Assembly (NCBI GenBank): GCA_039794085.1
Contig: JBDIWC010000002.1
Span: 1-64,000, forward strand
DNA length: 64,000 nt
Direction: 5' to 3'
DNA from: Gemmatimonadales bacterium
Lineage (GTDB): Bacteria; Gemmatimonadota; Gemmatimonadetes; Gemmatimonadales; GWC2-71-9
Position 1 is the stretch's first letter. Each line of letters opens with the position of its first letter. Shown in pieces: positions 1 to 8,775 of this stretch. The translations under genes and the position numbers were made by a program. The notes beneath the pieces were generated by a model. That model made no database searches and was not told the origin of the DNA. It saw only the letters and a list, made by a program, of their open reading frames with translations.

Positions 1-44
1 CGGTACTTGTCAAATCCGGCCTCGGACAGGGTCAGCTGCGACAT
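1..44 (-). CDS. IS5-family transposase, N-terminal fragment (partial)
   Basis: ATG at 44 with GGAG upstream; translates MSQLTLSEAGFDKYR, resembling IS5-group transposase N-termini; not in the ORF track because it is truncated. Confidence 0.7.
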   Translation of the reverse strand, partial: MSQLTLSEAGFDKY

Positions 45-123
45 GGGTACGCTCCAACGCAAAGGGCACAATGGGTGAGAAAGGACTCACTCCTATTACG
101 TTGCGGAATTGATCAGAGTTTCC
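1..123 (-). mobile_element. Left end of an IS5-family insertion sequence (continues off the window)
   Basis: Minus strand reads TTAG|GGAAACTCTGATCAATTCCG (YTAR-type target at 124-127, then a GG-starting terminal IR at 104-123), followed by an RBS and a transposase-like N-terminus. Confidence 0.75.
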
Positions 124-228
124 CTAACCTGTTAATCGGGTGCCGGAAAACGTTACCACCTTCCAGTTGTGCCCGCAAGATACGCAGCCTATCCTCCCTT
201 GGGGCGCAGAATGTCCGCTTCACACTTC

Positions 229-391
229 CTTCGTGCCTTCGTGTGAGCCCCCTCCGCTCCCATGGACCCCGGCGTTCGCCGGGGTGACGCTCCGAAAGCT
301 GCCTCAGACCCCGTTTCCTTCGCGCCTTCGCGCCTTCGCGTGAGCCCCTCACACCTCCGATAGACCCCGGCGTTCCCCGGGGTGACGCTCC
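229..391. repeat. Tandem composite (BIME-like) repeat: 8-mer CTTCGYGC array + CGTC-type REP hairpin, two units
   Basis: Units at ~229-293 and ~318-391; REPs at 263-289 and 361-387 read CGTCACCCCGGSGAACGCCGGGGTCYA on the minus strand. Confidence 0.8.
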
Positions 392-405
392 CGTTGACTC
401 AGGAA

Positions 406-428
406 GGGCGAATGTAATTCGCCCCTAC
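406..428 (-). repeat. GTAG-family REP hairpin
   Basis: GTAGGGGCGAATTACATTCGCCC on the minus strand; related copy at 44384-44407. Confidence 0.75.
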
Positions 429-436
429 GAGACCCT

Positions 437-1402
437 TCACACTTCCCCGAGCTCCTTCCGCAGTGCCTCCCCCAGGGCATGGGGGCTCAGAATCCCCGCG
501 GCCAACGCCTCCTCCGCGGACGCCAGACGCGCCTCGGCGCCGACATGACTCCACGCCCAGGCCGACAGCACCCGCCGCAGGACCGCCCGGGCCTGGACCT
601 TTCGGCGCTCCCGCCGACGGATCGTGAGTACCGATCCGGCCATCGCGTCCCATCGTGCATCGAGCAGATCCACCAGGCGGTCGATTCCGCGCCCGCTCTG
701 GGCCGATGTCTCCACCACCGGGGGTGGTGCGGATGTCGCACTCCCCGCCTCCCGGCGCATGCGGATCATCACCTCGAGTTCCCGCCGCAGGACGTCAGCG
801 CCGGGGCGATCCGCCTTGTTGACCACGAAACAGTCGGCCACTTCCATGATCCCGGACTTGAGCACCTGAATGCTGTCCCCCGACTCGGGGACCACGACCA
901 GAATCGTCAGGTCCGCCAGGGAGACGATGTCGAGTTCCGACTGTCCCACGCCCACGGTTTCGATCAGGATCCGGTCATAACCCGCCACGTCGAGCACGTC
1001 GGCGAGTTCTCCCGTGCTGAGGGCGAGGCCGCCCAGCGACCCCCGGGTGGCCATCGACCGGATGAACACGCCGTCATCCATCGCCGTGCCCTCCATCCGG
1101 ATGCGATCGCCCAGGAGGGCACCTCCCGAGATCGGACTGCTGGGATCGACGGCGAGCACCGCCACGCGAAGTCCGGCATCACGATAATGCTGAGTGAGAC
1201 GGTCGGTGAGGGTCGACTTCCCTGCTCCGGGAGGGCCGGTGACGCCGAGGCGGCGGGCCCGCCCCACGTGCGGGTGCAGATCGGCAAGCAGCGCATCGCA
1301 CCCCGCCTCGGTGTTCTCGACGAGGCTCAGCGCCCGGGCCACCGCCACGGGGCGTCCGGCACGAATTCCGTCGACCAGCGACGTCACCGAATCCCGGCTC
1401 AC
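437..1402 (-). CDS. meaB: Methylmalonyl-CoA mutase-associated GTPase MeaB
   Basis: GPPGAGKST P-loop, DPSS..GGALLGDRIRM, ETVGVGQSE, NKAD. Confidence 0.92.
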   Translation of the reverse strand: MSRDSVTSLVDGIRAGRPVAVARALSLVENTEAGCDALLADLHPHVGRARRLGVTGPPGAGKSTLTDRLTQHYRDAGLRVAVLAVDPSSPISGGALLGDRIRMEGTAMDDGVFIRSMATRGSLGGLALSTGELADVLDVAGYDRILIETVGVGQSELDIVSLADLTILVVVPESGDSIQVLKSGIMEVADCFVVNKADRPGADVLRRELEVMIRMRREAGSATSAPPPVVETSAQSGRGIDRLVDLLDARWDAMAGSVLTIRRRERRKVQARAVLRRVLSAWAWSHVGAEARLASAEEALAAGILSPHALGEALRKELGEV

Positions 1403-2745
1403 AGCAGCAGGACCCCGGCCAGCCCGAGAAGGAGAGCGAACCCGCAGATGTCGGTCAGGGTTGTCACGAAGACGGAGGAGGCGATGGCCGGATCCACATC
1501 GAACCGTTCGAGCAGAAGGGGGATGAATGCGCCTGCGAACCCGGCCACCACGAGATTTCCGGTCATGGCCAGGAACACGACCAGCCCGAGCATGGGAGGC
1601 TGCCGGGTTACCAGGGCCACCCCCCAGACCACCGCTCCGATGGCCAGCCCGTTCACCGATCCGACCACCATCTCCTTGGTCACCACCCGGGTGAATTCAT
1701 GAACCGGCAATTGCCCGATGGCGAGCCGCCGGACCGTGACCGCGAGCGCCTGGGTTCCCGCGTTGCCTCCCATCCCCGCGATCACCGGCATCCAGGCCGC
1801 CAGCACCACCAGCCGGCTCACGGACGACTGAAAGAACAGCACGACCGACGCTGCGAGAAAGGCGGTCACCAGGTTGACGAGGAGCCAGGGCAGTCGGCTG
1901 CGAACCGCATCCCCCCACCCCGCCCCCAGGTCCTCATCGGCCGAGACGCCACCGAACCGCAGGATGTCTTCGGTGTTCTCCGCTTCGACGACGTCGCTCA
2001 CGTCGTCGAAGGTGATCCGGCCAAGCAGCCTCCCGTCGTGTTCCACCACCGGGATGCTCGGCACGTTGTAGCGGGCCATCAGGCGCGCCACCTCCTCCTG
2101 GTCGGTTTCGGGGGTGACCACCAGATCCGCCGGTTCCATCACGTCCCGCACCGGACGGGAGGCCGGCGAGACCACGATCGCCCGGAAGCTCAGGACCCCC
2201 ACCAGGTGGTGCCGATCGTCGATGACGAACACCTGGGCAAACTGGTCCACCTCCTCGGCCTGCTCCCGGATCTCGTCGAGCGCCCGCCCCACGGTGGCCG
2301 AGTCATGCACCGCCACCACCTGACCGGTCATCAGCCCCCCGGCCGATTCCTCGTCGTACCGAAGCAGGCGCTCGACCCCCTCCCGATCCTCCCGGTCCTC
2401 CACCGCGGCCAGGATGCGAGCTCGGGCATCCGGCTCGAGAACCCCCAGCAGGTCCGCGGCATCGTCGTCCTCCAACTGCTCGACAATGTCGGCGGCGTGC
2501 TCCGAGTCGAGAGCGGCCAATGTGTTCTCGGCGTGCTCTTCCTCCGGAAGCTCCGCGAGGGCCTGTCCCGCAATCTCCGGAGGCAGCAGCCGCACCACCG
2601 TCACCCGCTCGGCATCATCGAGTTCCCGCAGCACGTCGGCCATGTCGGCCGGCTCCAGATCCGCTGCGGCCGCCAGAAACTCCGGCAAACGGCCCTCCCG
2701 AACCCACTCCGCAAGTTCCTGAACGGGGACGGGACGACCGGTCAT
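1399..2745 (-). CDS. mgtE: Magnesium transporter MgtE
   Basis: MgtE_N, CBS pair, RLPWL, GNAGTQ, DPAIAS..TTLTD. Confidence 0.95.
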   Translation of the reverse strand: MTGRPVPVQELAEWVREGRLPEFLAAAADLEPADMADVLRELDDAERVTVVRLLPPEIAGQALAELPEEEHAENTLAALDSEHAADIVEQLEDDDAADLLGVLEPDARARILAAVEDREDREGVERLLRYDEESAGGLMTGQVVAVHDSATVGRALDEIREQAEEVDQFAQVFVIDDRHHLVGVLSFRAIVVSPASRPVRDVMEPADLVVTPETDQEEVARLMARYNVPSIPVVEHDGRLLGRITFDDVSDVVEAENTEDILRFGGVSADEDLGAGWGDAVRSRLPWLLVNLVTAFLAASVVLFFQSSVSRLVVLAAWMPVIAGMGGNAGTQALAVTVRRLAIGQLPVHEFTRVVTKEMVVGSVNGLAIGAVVWGVALVTRQPPMLGLVVFLAMTGNLVVAGFAGAFIPLLLERFDVDPAIASSVFVTTLTDICGFALLLGLAGVLLL

Positions 2746-3938
2746 CCGACACTCCCGGGAAGCGCGATGAGAGGACTGCTTTCGTTCCGAATGAGGACCC
2801 GGTCGATCCGGGTCGGGGTGGCGCGTACGATGTCCACCTCGACCCCCTGCCAGGAGAATCGTTCCCCAGCCGTCGGGATGCGCCCCAGCAGCTCGGCGAG
2901 GCGGCCCCCGATCGTATCGGCCTGTCCCGGAGGAAACGTCACCCCGAGGCGCCGCTCGAGATCCGGCACCGGGACAGACCCGTCCAGGTCGAGCAACTCC
3001 GACAGCCCCGCGGGGGGCGGTCCCGGAGCGACCGCATCGTGCTCGTCGTAGATCTCACCCACCATCTCTTCCAGCAGGTCCTCCATCGTCACGATACCGA
3101 GGGTGCCCCCGAATTCATCCAGCACCACCGCGAGGTGCCGTCGTTCGCGCTGCAGGTCGATCAGCAGATCCCCCGCGGTGCGGGTGGCGGGTGCGAACGC
3201 CACCGGACGGATCGGCAGAGGGTCTCCCGGACGGACCCGGAAGAGATCGAACACGTGCAGCATCCCGACGATCTCGTCGAGGGAGCCCCGGTACACCGGA
3301 ATCCGGCTGTAGCCGCTTTCGGTGAAGACCCGCGTGATCTCCTCCAGGCTGGCGGACTCGGGCACCGCCACCACGGAGGTGCGCGGACTCATCACATCCC
3401 GCACCAGACGCTGGGCGAAGGCCATGATCCCTCCCACCATCACCAGTTCCCGGTCCGGTCCGAACCCCGCCGCCACCCGTTCCCGCATCAGGGCCCGCAC
3501 CTCGGCGGGCCCGGCGATGGCGCGCACGGGAAGGAGGGCTGCCAACAGGTAGGCCAGGGGACGCAGCACCGGCTGGGCCAGGGTGACGACTCGCTCCGCC
3601 CGCGCATGGGAGAGCCATCGGGGCAGCAGATATCCGCTCAACACCACGACGGGAACGGCCAGCACCACGACCACGAGCGCGAGGCGCCAGACCGTGAAGC
3701 CGGCGAACACCGCCGGGAACACCGCCCCCATCAGGGTGACCCCGATCGACGTCGTCGCCGCCGCCGACGCCAGGTCGCGATCCACCACCTCCACCCAAGC
3801 CAGCGACTCCTGCCCTCCCCGCAGCCTCCGGGACACGGCCTGCACCAGAGAACGGCGCCCCGTGGTGACCAGAGCCGCCGCGGCCGTGGCCCCGAACACC
3901 GTGAGGAGCAGGCCGAGGATGAGTCCGGACAGAATCAC
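2742..3938 (-). CDS. Hemolysin-family CNNM/CBS/CorC-HlyC protein
   Basis: N-terminal TM helices; VMSPR, SGYSRIPVY, VLDEFGGTLGIVTMEDLLEEMVGEI. Confidence 0.9.
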   Translation of the reverse strand: MILSGLILGLLLTVFGATAAAALVTTGRRSLVQAVSRRLRGGQESLAWVEVVDRDLASAAATTSIGVTLMGAVFPAVFAGFTVWRLALVVVVLAVPVVVLSGYLLPRWLSHARAERVVTLAQPVLRPLAYLLAALLPVRAIAGPAEVRALMRERVAAGFGPDRELVMVGGIMAFAQRLVRDVMSPRTSVVAVPESASLEEITRVFTESGYSRIPVYRGSLDEIVGMLHVFDLFRVRPGDPLPIRPVAFAPATRTAGDLLIDLQRERRHLAVVLDEFGGTLGIVTMEDLLEEMVGEIYDEHDAVAPGPPPAGLSELLDLDGSVPVPDLERRLGVTFPPGQADTIGGRLAELLGRIPTAGERFSWQGVEVDIVRATPTRIDRVLIRNESSPLIALPGSVG

Positions 3939-5095
3939 GGGGTCATCTCCTCGGCCACCGTCACGGTGACTCGCTTCACCCGGCGCCGGACCACCTGGTC
4001 CACGTGGCAGCGCACTCCGTTTTCCACCACTTCATCCCCGACCCGCGGGACCCGTCCCAGGACCGCCAGAACCCACCCCCCCACCGTGTCCACATCGTCC
4101 CGTCCCAGATCCTTGCCGAGGCGAGTCTCCAGTTCCGTGAGCGCCACCCCGCCCTGGACCCGGAACACACCGTCGTCCTCCTGCTGAATCGGTTCCACCT
4201 CATCCACATCCCGTTCATCGTGAATTTCCCCGACGATCTGCTCGAGAATGTCCTCCAGCGCGATGAGCCCCGCCGTCCCTCCGAATTCGTCCACCACCAC
4301 CGCCATGTGGCTCGACCCCGCCAGCACATCCCGGAGCTGCCGGTCCAGGGTCTTGGCCTCGGGCACGAAGCTGACCGGTTGGACCAGGGCCCGCCACTCG
4401 GTGTCCTGTTCCGCGTGCAGGGCGTGCAGGAAGTCCTTGGCGTGGAGCACACCGGCCACCGCGTCGGCGTGACCGTCCACGACCAGGAGGCGGGAATAGC
4501 CGGCCCCCCGGAAGACCTGTTCCACGGTCTCCCGGTCGAACGACACGTCCACCGACACGATGTCGATGCGGGGCGTCATGACTTCGGCCACGGTCATGTT
4601 CCGCAGGGCGAAGACTCCGGCCACCATCGTGCGGTCCATCCCCGGTTCCCGAGCCTGGGGAGTCATTCCCTGGCCGTCGACACGCGCCAGCAGCCGCAGG
4701 AGCGGATGGAAGGGGAGGAGGGTTCGCTGCCCGAAGGACGTGAGGGCTTGCTGGAGATCCCGCGGGAGGATCGACACGATCACGCGTGGAAGGAGGTCAC
4801 CCGCCACCCAGACCATCGCGATCGTGATGGCCAGACGGATCGCGGCCGACGCGGGAGGCCAGGCCCACCACGCCACCGCGGTCCCTCCCGCCGCCGCCGC
4901 CAGAAGGAGCAGGGCCAGATGCACCAGGTGCAGTCCGCGCGGGGCCGCGAGGGTGGGGGGCGTCCCCGGCACCGGCGCGGTCAGGGCCCGGGGGAGCCGG
5001 GGATCTCCCTCCGCTCCCAGGGCCACGAGACCGGCCCAGAGCGTCAACAGGACCGTGGCGAGGGGAGCCATCCCGAGGTGGAGGAGGACGTTCAC
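3935..5095 (-). CDS. Hemolysin-family CNNM/CBS/CorC-HlyC protein (second paralog)
   Basis: VMTPR, VVDEFGGTAGLIALEDILEQIVGEI; GTG start at 5095 overlaps the ybeY stop (GTGA). Confidence 0.88.
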   Translation of the reverse strand: MNVLLHLGMAPLATVLLTLWAGLVALGAEGDPRLPRALTAPVPGTPPTLAAPRGLHLVHLALLLLAAAAGGTAVAWWAWPPASAAIRLAITIAMVWVAGDLLPRVIVSILPRDLQQALTSFGQRTLLPFHPLLRLLARVDGQGMTPQAREPGMDRTMVAGVFALRNMTVAEVMTPRIDIVSVDVSFDRETVEQVFRGAGYSRLLVVDGHADAVAGVLHAKDFLHALHAEQDTEWRALVQPVSFVPEAKTLDRQLRDVLAGSSHMAVVVDEFGGTAGLIALEDILEQIVGEIHDERDVDEVEPIQQEDDGVFRVQGGVALTELETRLGKDLGRDDVDTVGGWVLAVLGRVPRVGDEVVENGVRCHVDQVVRRRVKRVTVTVAEEMTP

Positions 5096-5523
5096 CGGAG
5101 ACGGCCCACGTAAGCTTCCTGCCGCTTCCACATCGGGCTCGCCATCCGTTCTTCGCCCTCCGGATGATCCCATCCGAGCACATGCAAGGTCCCGTGCACC
5201 ACCAGGCGGATCACTTCCTCCCGGAGCGGCACCCCATGGCGCCTCGCCGAGCGCCCGGCCACCCAGGGACAGACGTACACGTCTCCCAGAACCGGCTCAC
5301 CCTCCGCGTGCAGGGAGAAGGCGAGGACATCGGTCGGCCGGGGAGCTCCCTTCCAGCGCTGATGGAGTGACACCATGCGATCCCGGCCCACGAAGGCCAC
5401 CTCGACCCGTCCCTCCTGTTTTTCCCCGCGCAGCACCGATTCGACGACGGCGATCACCTCGGCCGCGGGGAGCGGCTGCGGGCGCCCCGAGACAACCACG
5501 CGGCCCGAGGGGGCGGCCCGCAT
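5092..5523 (-). CDS. ybeY: rRNA maturation endoribonuclease YbeY
   Basis: PTDVLAF, HGTLHVLGWDH metal-binding motif. Confidence 0.95.
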   Translation of the reverse strand: MRAAPSGRVVVSGRPQPLPAAEVIAVVESVLRGEKQEGRVEVAFVGRDRMVSLHQRWKGAPRPTDVLAFSLHAEGEPVLGDVYVCPWVAGRSARRHGVPLREEVIRLVVHGTLHVLGWDHPEGEERMASPMWKRQEAYVGRLR

Positions 5524-5526
5524 CCG

Positions 5527-6483
5527 TCAGGCCCCCTGATCGTCGGCGTAGGCCTGGATGATCTCCTTGACCAGCCGGTGCCTCACCACGTCCTGCTGGT
5601 CCAGGTACTGGAAACCAACGCCCTCGATCCCGGGAAGAATCCGCTCGACCTGGATCAGGCCCGAGTCCTCCCGGTGCCGCAGATCGATCTGGGTCTTGTC
5701 GCCGGTGACCACCGTCTGGCTCCCCACGCCGAGGCGGGTGAGGAACATCTTCATCTGCGCCCCCGTGGCGTTCTGGGCCTCATCAAGAATGATGAACGCA
5801 TCCGACAGGGTCCGTCCGCGCATGTAGGCCAGGGGGGCGATCTCGATCACCCGGCTCTCCAACGCCCGCTGGACCCGTTCCGGAGGCATCATGTCCTCCA
5901 GCGCGTCGTAGAGGGGGCGCAGATAGGGGTCCACCTTGGCCTGCATGTCCCCGGGCAGGAAACCGAGGGACTCCCCGGCCTCGACCGCGGGCCGTGCCAG
6001 GACGATCCTCTTCACCCGTTTCCGGGCCAGGGCCTCCACCGCCTTGGCCACGGCCAGGTAGGTCTTTCCCGTCCCCGCGGGACCGATCCCCACCACGATG
6101 TCGTAGGAGGCGATCGCCTTGAGATACTCCCGCTGGCCCGCCGTCTTGGGGACGATCGGTTTGCGGATCCCGGGGAGCACGATCCGATCCCCGTTCTGCC
6201 GCACCGCCAGGTCGAGCCCGGCTCCCCCATCCGAGGCGATGCGAAACACGTCTTCCGGCTCGAGCCCGTCCCCCATGCGCACCAGATCAATGAGTCCCTG
6301 CACCACGGCCGTGGCTCGTTCCACCTGTGCCTGCGTGCCGGTCAACGTCAGAGCGTCTCCCCGGAGATGGGTCCGGATGCCGAGGGCCCGTTGCAACTCG
6401 ACGAGGTTGGCCTCGTTGACCCCCGCCAGCAGGAGGGGATCGGCCCCCTCGATCGACAGCCGATGCCGGAACTCCTTGGTCAT
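5527..6483 (-). CDS. phoH: PhoH-family ATPase
   Basis: GPAGTGKT, RPAVEAGE.LGFLPGD, YMRGRT, DEAQN; ATG at 6483 overlaps the aspS stop. Confidence 0.93.
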   Translation of the reverse strand: MTKEFRHRLSIEGADPLLLAGVNEANLVELQRALGIRTHLRGDALTLTGTQAQVERATAVVQGLIDLVRMGDGLEPEDVFRIASDGGAGLDLAVRQNGDRIVLPGIRKPIVPKTAGQREYLKAIASYDIVVGIGPAGTGKTYLAVAKAVEALARKRVKRIVLARPAVEAGESLGFLPGDMQAKVDPYLRPLYDALEDMMPPERVQRALESRVIEIAPLAYMRGRTLSDAFIILDEAQNATGAQMKMFLTRLGVGSQTVVTGDKTQIDLRHREDSGLIQVERILPGIEGVGFQYLDQQDVVRHRLVKEIIQAYADDQGA

Positions 6484-8315
6484 CTTCCCGCCTCCTCGGG
6501 CACCACCGGGGTGAGCGGCGCCAGGTGCAGGGCCGCGAGATCGGAGGGAGCCACCGGGGTGGGCGCCCCCTCGAACAGGGCACGGGCCGCCGTGGTCTTC
6601 GGGAAGGCGATCACGTCCCGGAGCGAGCCCGCCCCCGCGAGCAGCATCACGATCCGGTCGAAGCCGAGCGCGAAACCACCGTGAGGGGGGGCGCCGCAGG
6701 CCAGTCCGTCGAGGAGGAAGCCGAAGCGGTGGGTGATCTCCTCGGCCGAGAGGCCCAGGCGGCGGAACACGGCCTCCTGGAGACCGGGATCGGTGACCCG
6801 GATCGACCCGCTGCCGAGCTCGTTCCCGTTGTAGACGGCATCGTAGTGAAGGGCCCGGCACCGGCCCGGGTCCGAGTCCAGCCAGGCCACGTCCTCCGGA
6901 TGGGGTGCGGTGAACGGGTGATGAACCGGCACCCAGGCCCCGGTGTCGGGATCGGCCTCGAAGAGCGGAAAGTCCACCACCCACGCGAATGCGTGCTCCG
7001 AGCACCGGATCACGCCGGGCCGGGAGCAGAGCGCCTGGCGGACGGCGTGGAGGGCGGGGTTGGTGACCGCATCGACCCCGACGACTCCCAGAAGGAGGTC
7101 CCCGGGGGCGCCGGTGAGGGCGGCGACGGTGCCGGGACCGAGCGCCTTGACGCCGGCTCCCTCCCAGCCCGATTCGCCTCGTCGCACCCAGAGCAATCCG
7201 CCGGCCCCGAGATCGCGCACCGTGGCCGACAACTGATCGATCTCCTTGCGCGACAGGGGGCCGCCATGCCCTTCGCCCGCGGGCACCCGGATCCCTCGAA
7301 AGCGCACCCGGTCCCGGAATCCCGGTTCCCCGTTCTCCGTCCCCGCCGCGACCGCGACAAAGGGCGCCGCCCCGTCGGGCACCACGTGCCCGGTCCAATC
7401 CTCGAGAAGGAATCCGTGGCGCAGGTCGGGCTTGTCGATCCCATATCGCTCCATGGCCTCACGCCAGGAAAGCTGGACGAACGGGCGATCGACGGTGTGT
7501 CCCGCGGTCTTCCACAGCGCCACGAGAACCTCCTCCACCACCGCCATCACCTCGGCGGCGGACACGAAGGAGGCCTCGAGGTCGATCTGGGTGAACTCGG
7601 GCTGCCGGTCCGCGCGGAGGTCCTCGTCCCGGAAGCACCGGGCAATCTGGAAGTACCGGTCGAACCCGGCCACCATCAGGAGCTGTTTGTAGATCTGGGG
7701 AGATTGGGGAAGCGCGTAGCATTCCCCGGGATGCACCCGGCTCGGCACCAGGTAGTCCCGGGCGCCCTCGGGCGTCGGCTTGGTCAGGATCGGCGTCTCG
7801 ATCTCGAGAAATCCGAGCGCGCTGAGCGTGGCCCGCGCCTGCTGCAGGAGACGGTGACGCAGGATCAAGTTGTGTTGCAGCTCGGGGCGGCGCAGATCGA
7901 GAATTCGGTGCCGGAGCCGGAGCTCCTCCGCGGCCAGCTCCTCGCCCTCGCGGCGAGCCACCGGCACCACCGGGGTCCGGGCGGGGCCCAGAACGTCGAT
8001 CGCCACGACCTGGATCTCGACCTCGCGGGACCGCATGCCGGGATCCCGCCCCGGCTCCGGTCGCACCCGTACCGTTCCACGCACCCGGATCACCGTCTCC
8101 GCCCCCAGACCCGCGGCCAGGGCCAACACCTCAGGAGGGGTCCACTCCGGATCGCAGGAGAGCTGGACCAGGCCGTCCCGGTCCCGCAGGTCGAGGAAGA
8201 CGATCCCGCCCAGATCGCGGCGGCGGTGGACCCACCCCGCCACGGTGACCTCCTGCCCCTCTGCTTCGCGCGTCACCAAGCCAGCACGGTGGGTCCGGTA
8301 GAGGGGCTCAGCCAT
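6480..8315 (-). CDS. aspS: Aspartate--tRNA ligase
   Basis: GWVHRRRDLGG, TPEGARDY, LPQSPQ, FRDEDLRADRQPEFTQ, PPHGG. Confidence 0.97.
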   Translation of the reverse strand: MAEPLYRTHRAGLVTREAEGQEVTVAGWVHRRRDLGGIVFLDLRDRDGLVQLSCDPEWTPPEVLALAAGLGAETVIRVRGTVRVRPEPGRDPGMRSREVEIQVVAIDVLGPARTPVVPVARREGEELAAEELRLRHRILDLRRPELQHNLILRHRLLQQARATLSALGFLEIETPILTKPTPEGARDYLVPSRVHPGECYALPQSPQIYKQLLMVAGFDRYFQIARCFRDEDLRADRQPEFTQIDLEASFVSAAEVMAVVEEVLVALWKTAGHTVDRPFVQLSWREAMERYGIDKPDLRHGFLLEDWTGHVVPDGAAPFVAVAAGTENGEPGFRDRVRFRGIRVPAGEGHGGPLSRKEIDQLSATVRDLGAGGLLWVRRGESGWEGAGVKALGPGTVAALTGAPGDLLLGVVGVDAVTNPALHAVRQALCSRPGVIRCSEHAFAWVVDFPLFEADPDTGAWVPVHHPFTAPHPEDVAWLDSDPGRCRALHYDAVYNGNELGSGSIRVTDPGLQEAVFRRLGLSAEEITHRFGFLLDGLACGAPPHGGFALGFDRIVMLLAGAGSLRDVIAFPKTTAARALFEGAPTPVAPSDLAALHLAPLTPVVPEEAGR

Positions 8316-8433
8316 GGGGCATTCGGGAGCCCGGACAATGGGGAGGAAGGGAGGCGGAATCGGCAGTCATATGGGCCAAACGTAACCTTTGGCGGGGTGG
8401 GTGACAAGCGATTGCGGGGGAGGAAGTTAGAGT

Positions 8434-8460
8434 ACAATGAACAATGAACAATGAACAATG
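8434..8460. repeat. Heptamer tandem repeat (ACAATGA)x4
   Basis: Directly visible in the aspS-rlmN intergenic region. Confidence 0.9.
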
Positions 8461-8502
8461 CCCTCACCCCCGGCCCCTCTCCCGCAGGGCGGGAGAGGGG
8501 AG
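8461..8502. repeat. CCCTCACCCC-led palindromic repeat, 12-bp stem
   Basis: CCCCTCTCCCGC-AGG-GCGGGAGAGGGG hairpin at 8474-8500. Confidence 0.75.
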
Positions 8503-8699
8503 ACCAGGATCGTGCGGTGACGCCTCTTTCCTACCGCCGACGGCCCATCGCCTACCGATCGGTGTCCCCGTCAATACCGACAGGAATCACGCGAGGTCCG
8601 AAAGTGTGGAGGGGTTGGTGTTGCATTGGAGCCGTGGAATGGAACCGAGGCCGTGTGAACGGCCCCACCGCCGAGCCCGGGGCGAAAGCCCCGGGAGAC

Positions 8700-8719
8700 T
8701 TTGTGAAATATTTCACAAA
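8700..8719. promoter_or_regulatory. Perfect 20-bp palindrome matching the Rex (TTGTGAA-N4-TTCACAA) and CRP/FNR-type consensus
   Basis: TTTGTGAAATATTTCACAAA; may instead be part of a dispersed repeat (see findings). Confidence 0.55.
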
Positions 8720-8775
8720 TGCACACACAAGGCCTGACCCCGCTCTGAGCCCCTGCTCTGGGTAGATTTGATCGC

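Noticed and set aside
5527..7398. Long N-terminal extensions in the ORF track (phoH, lexA, purL, purK, larB, rodA, htrA)
   Set aside because: They overlap upstream genes; true starts are set by stop/start overlaps or an RBS.
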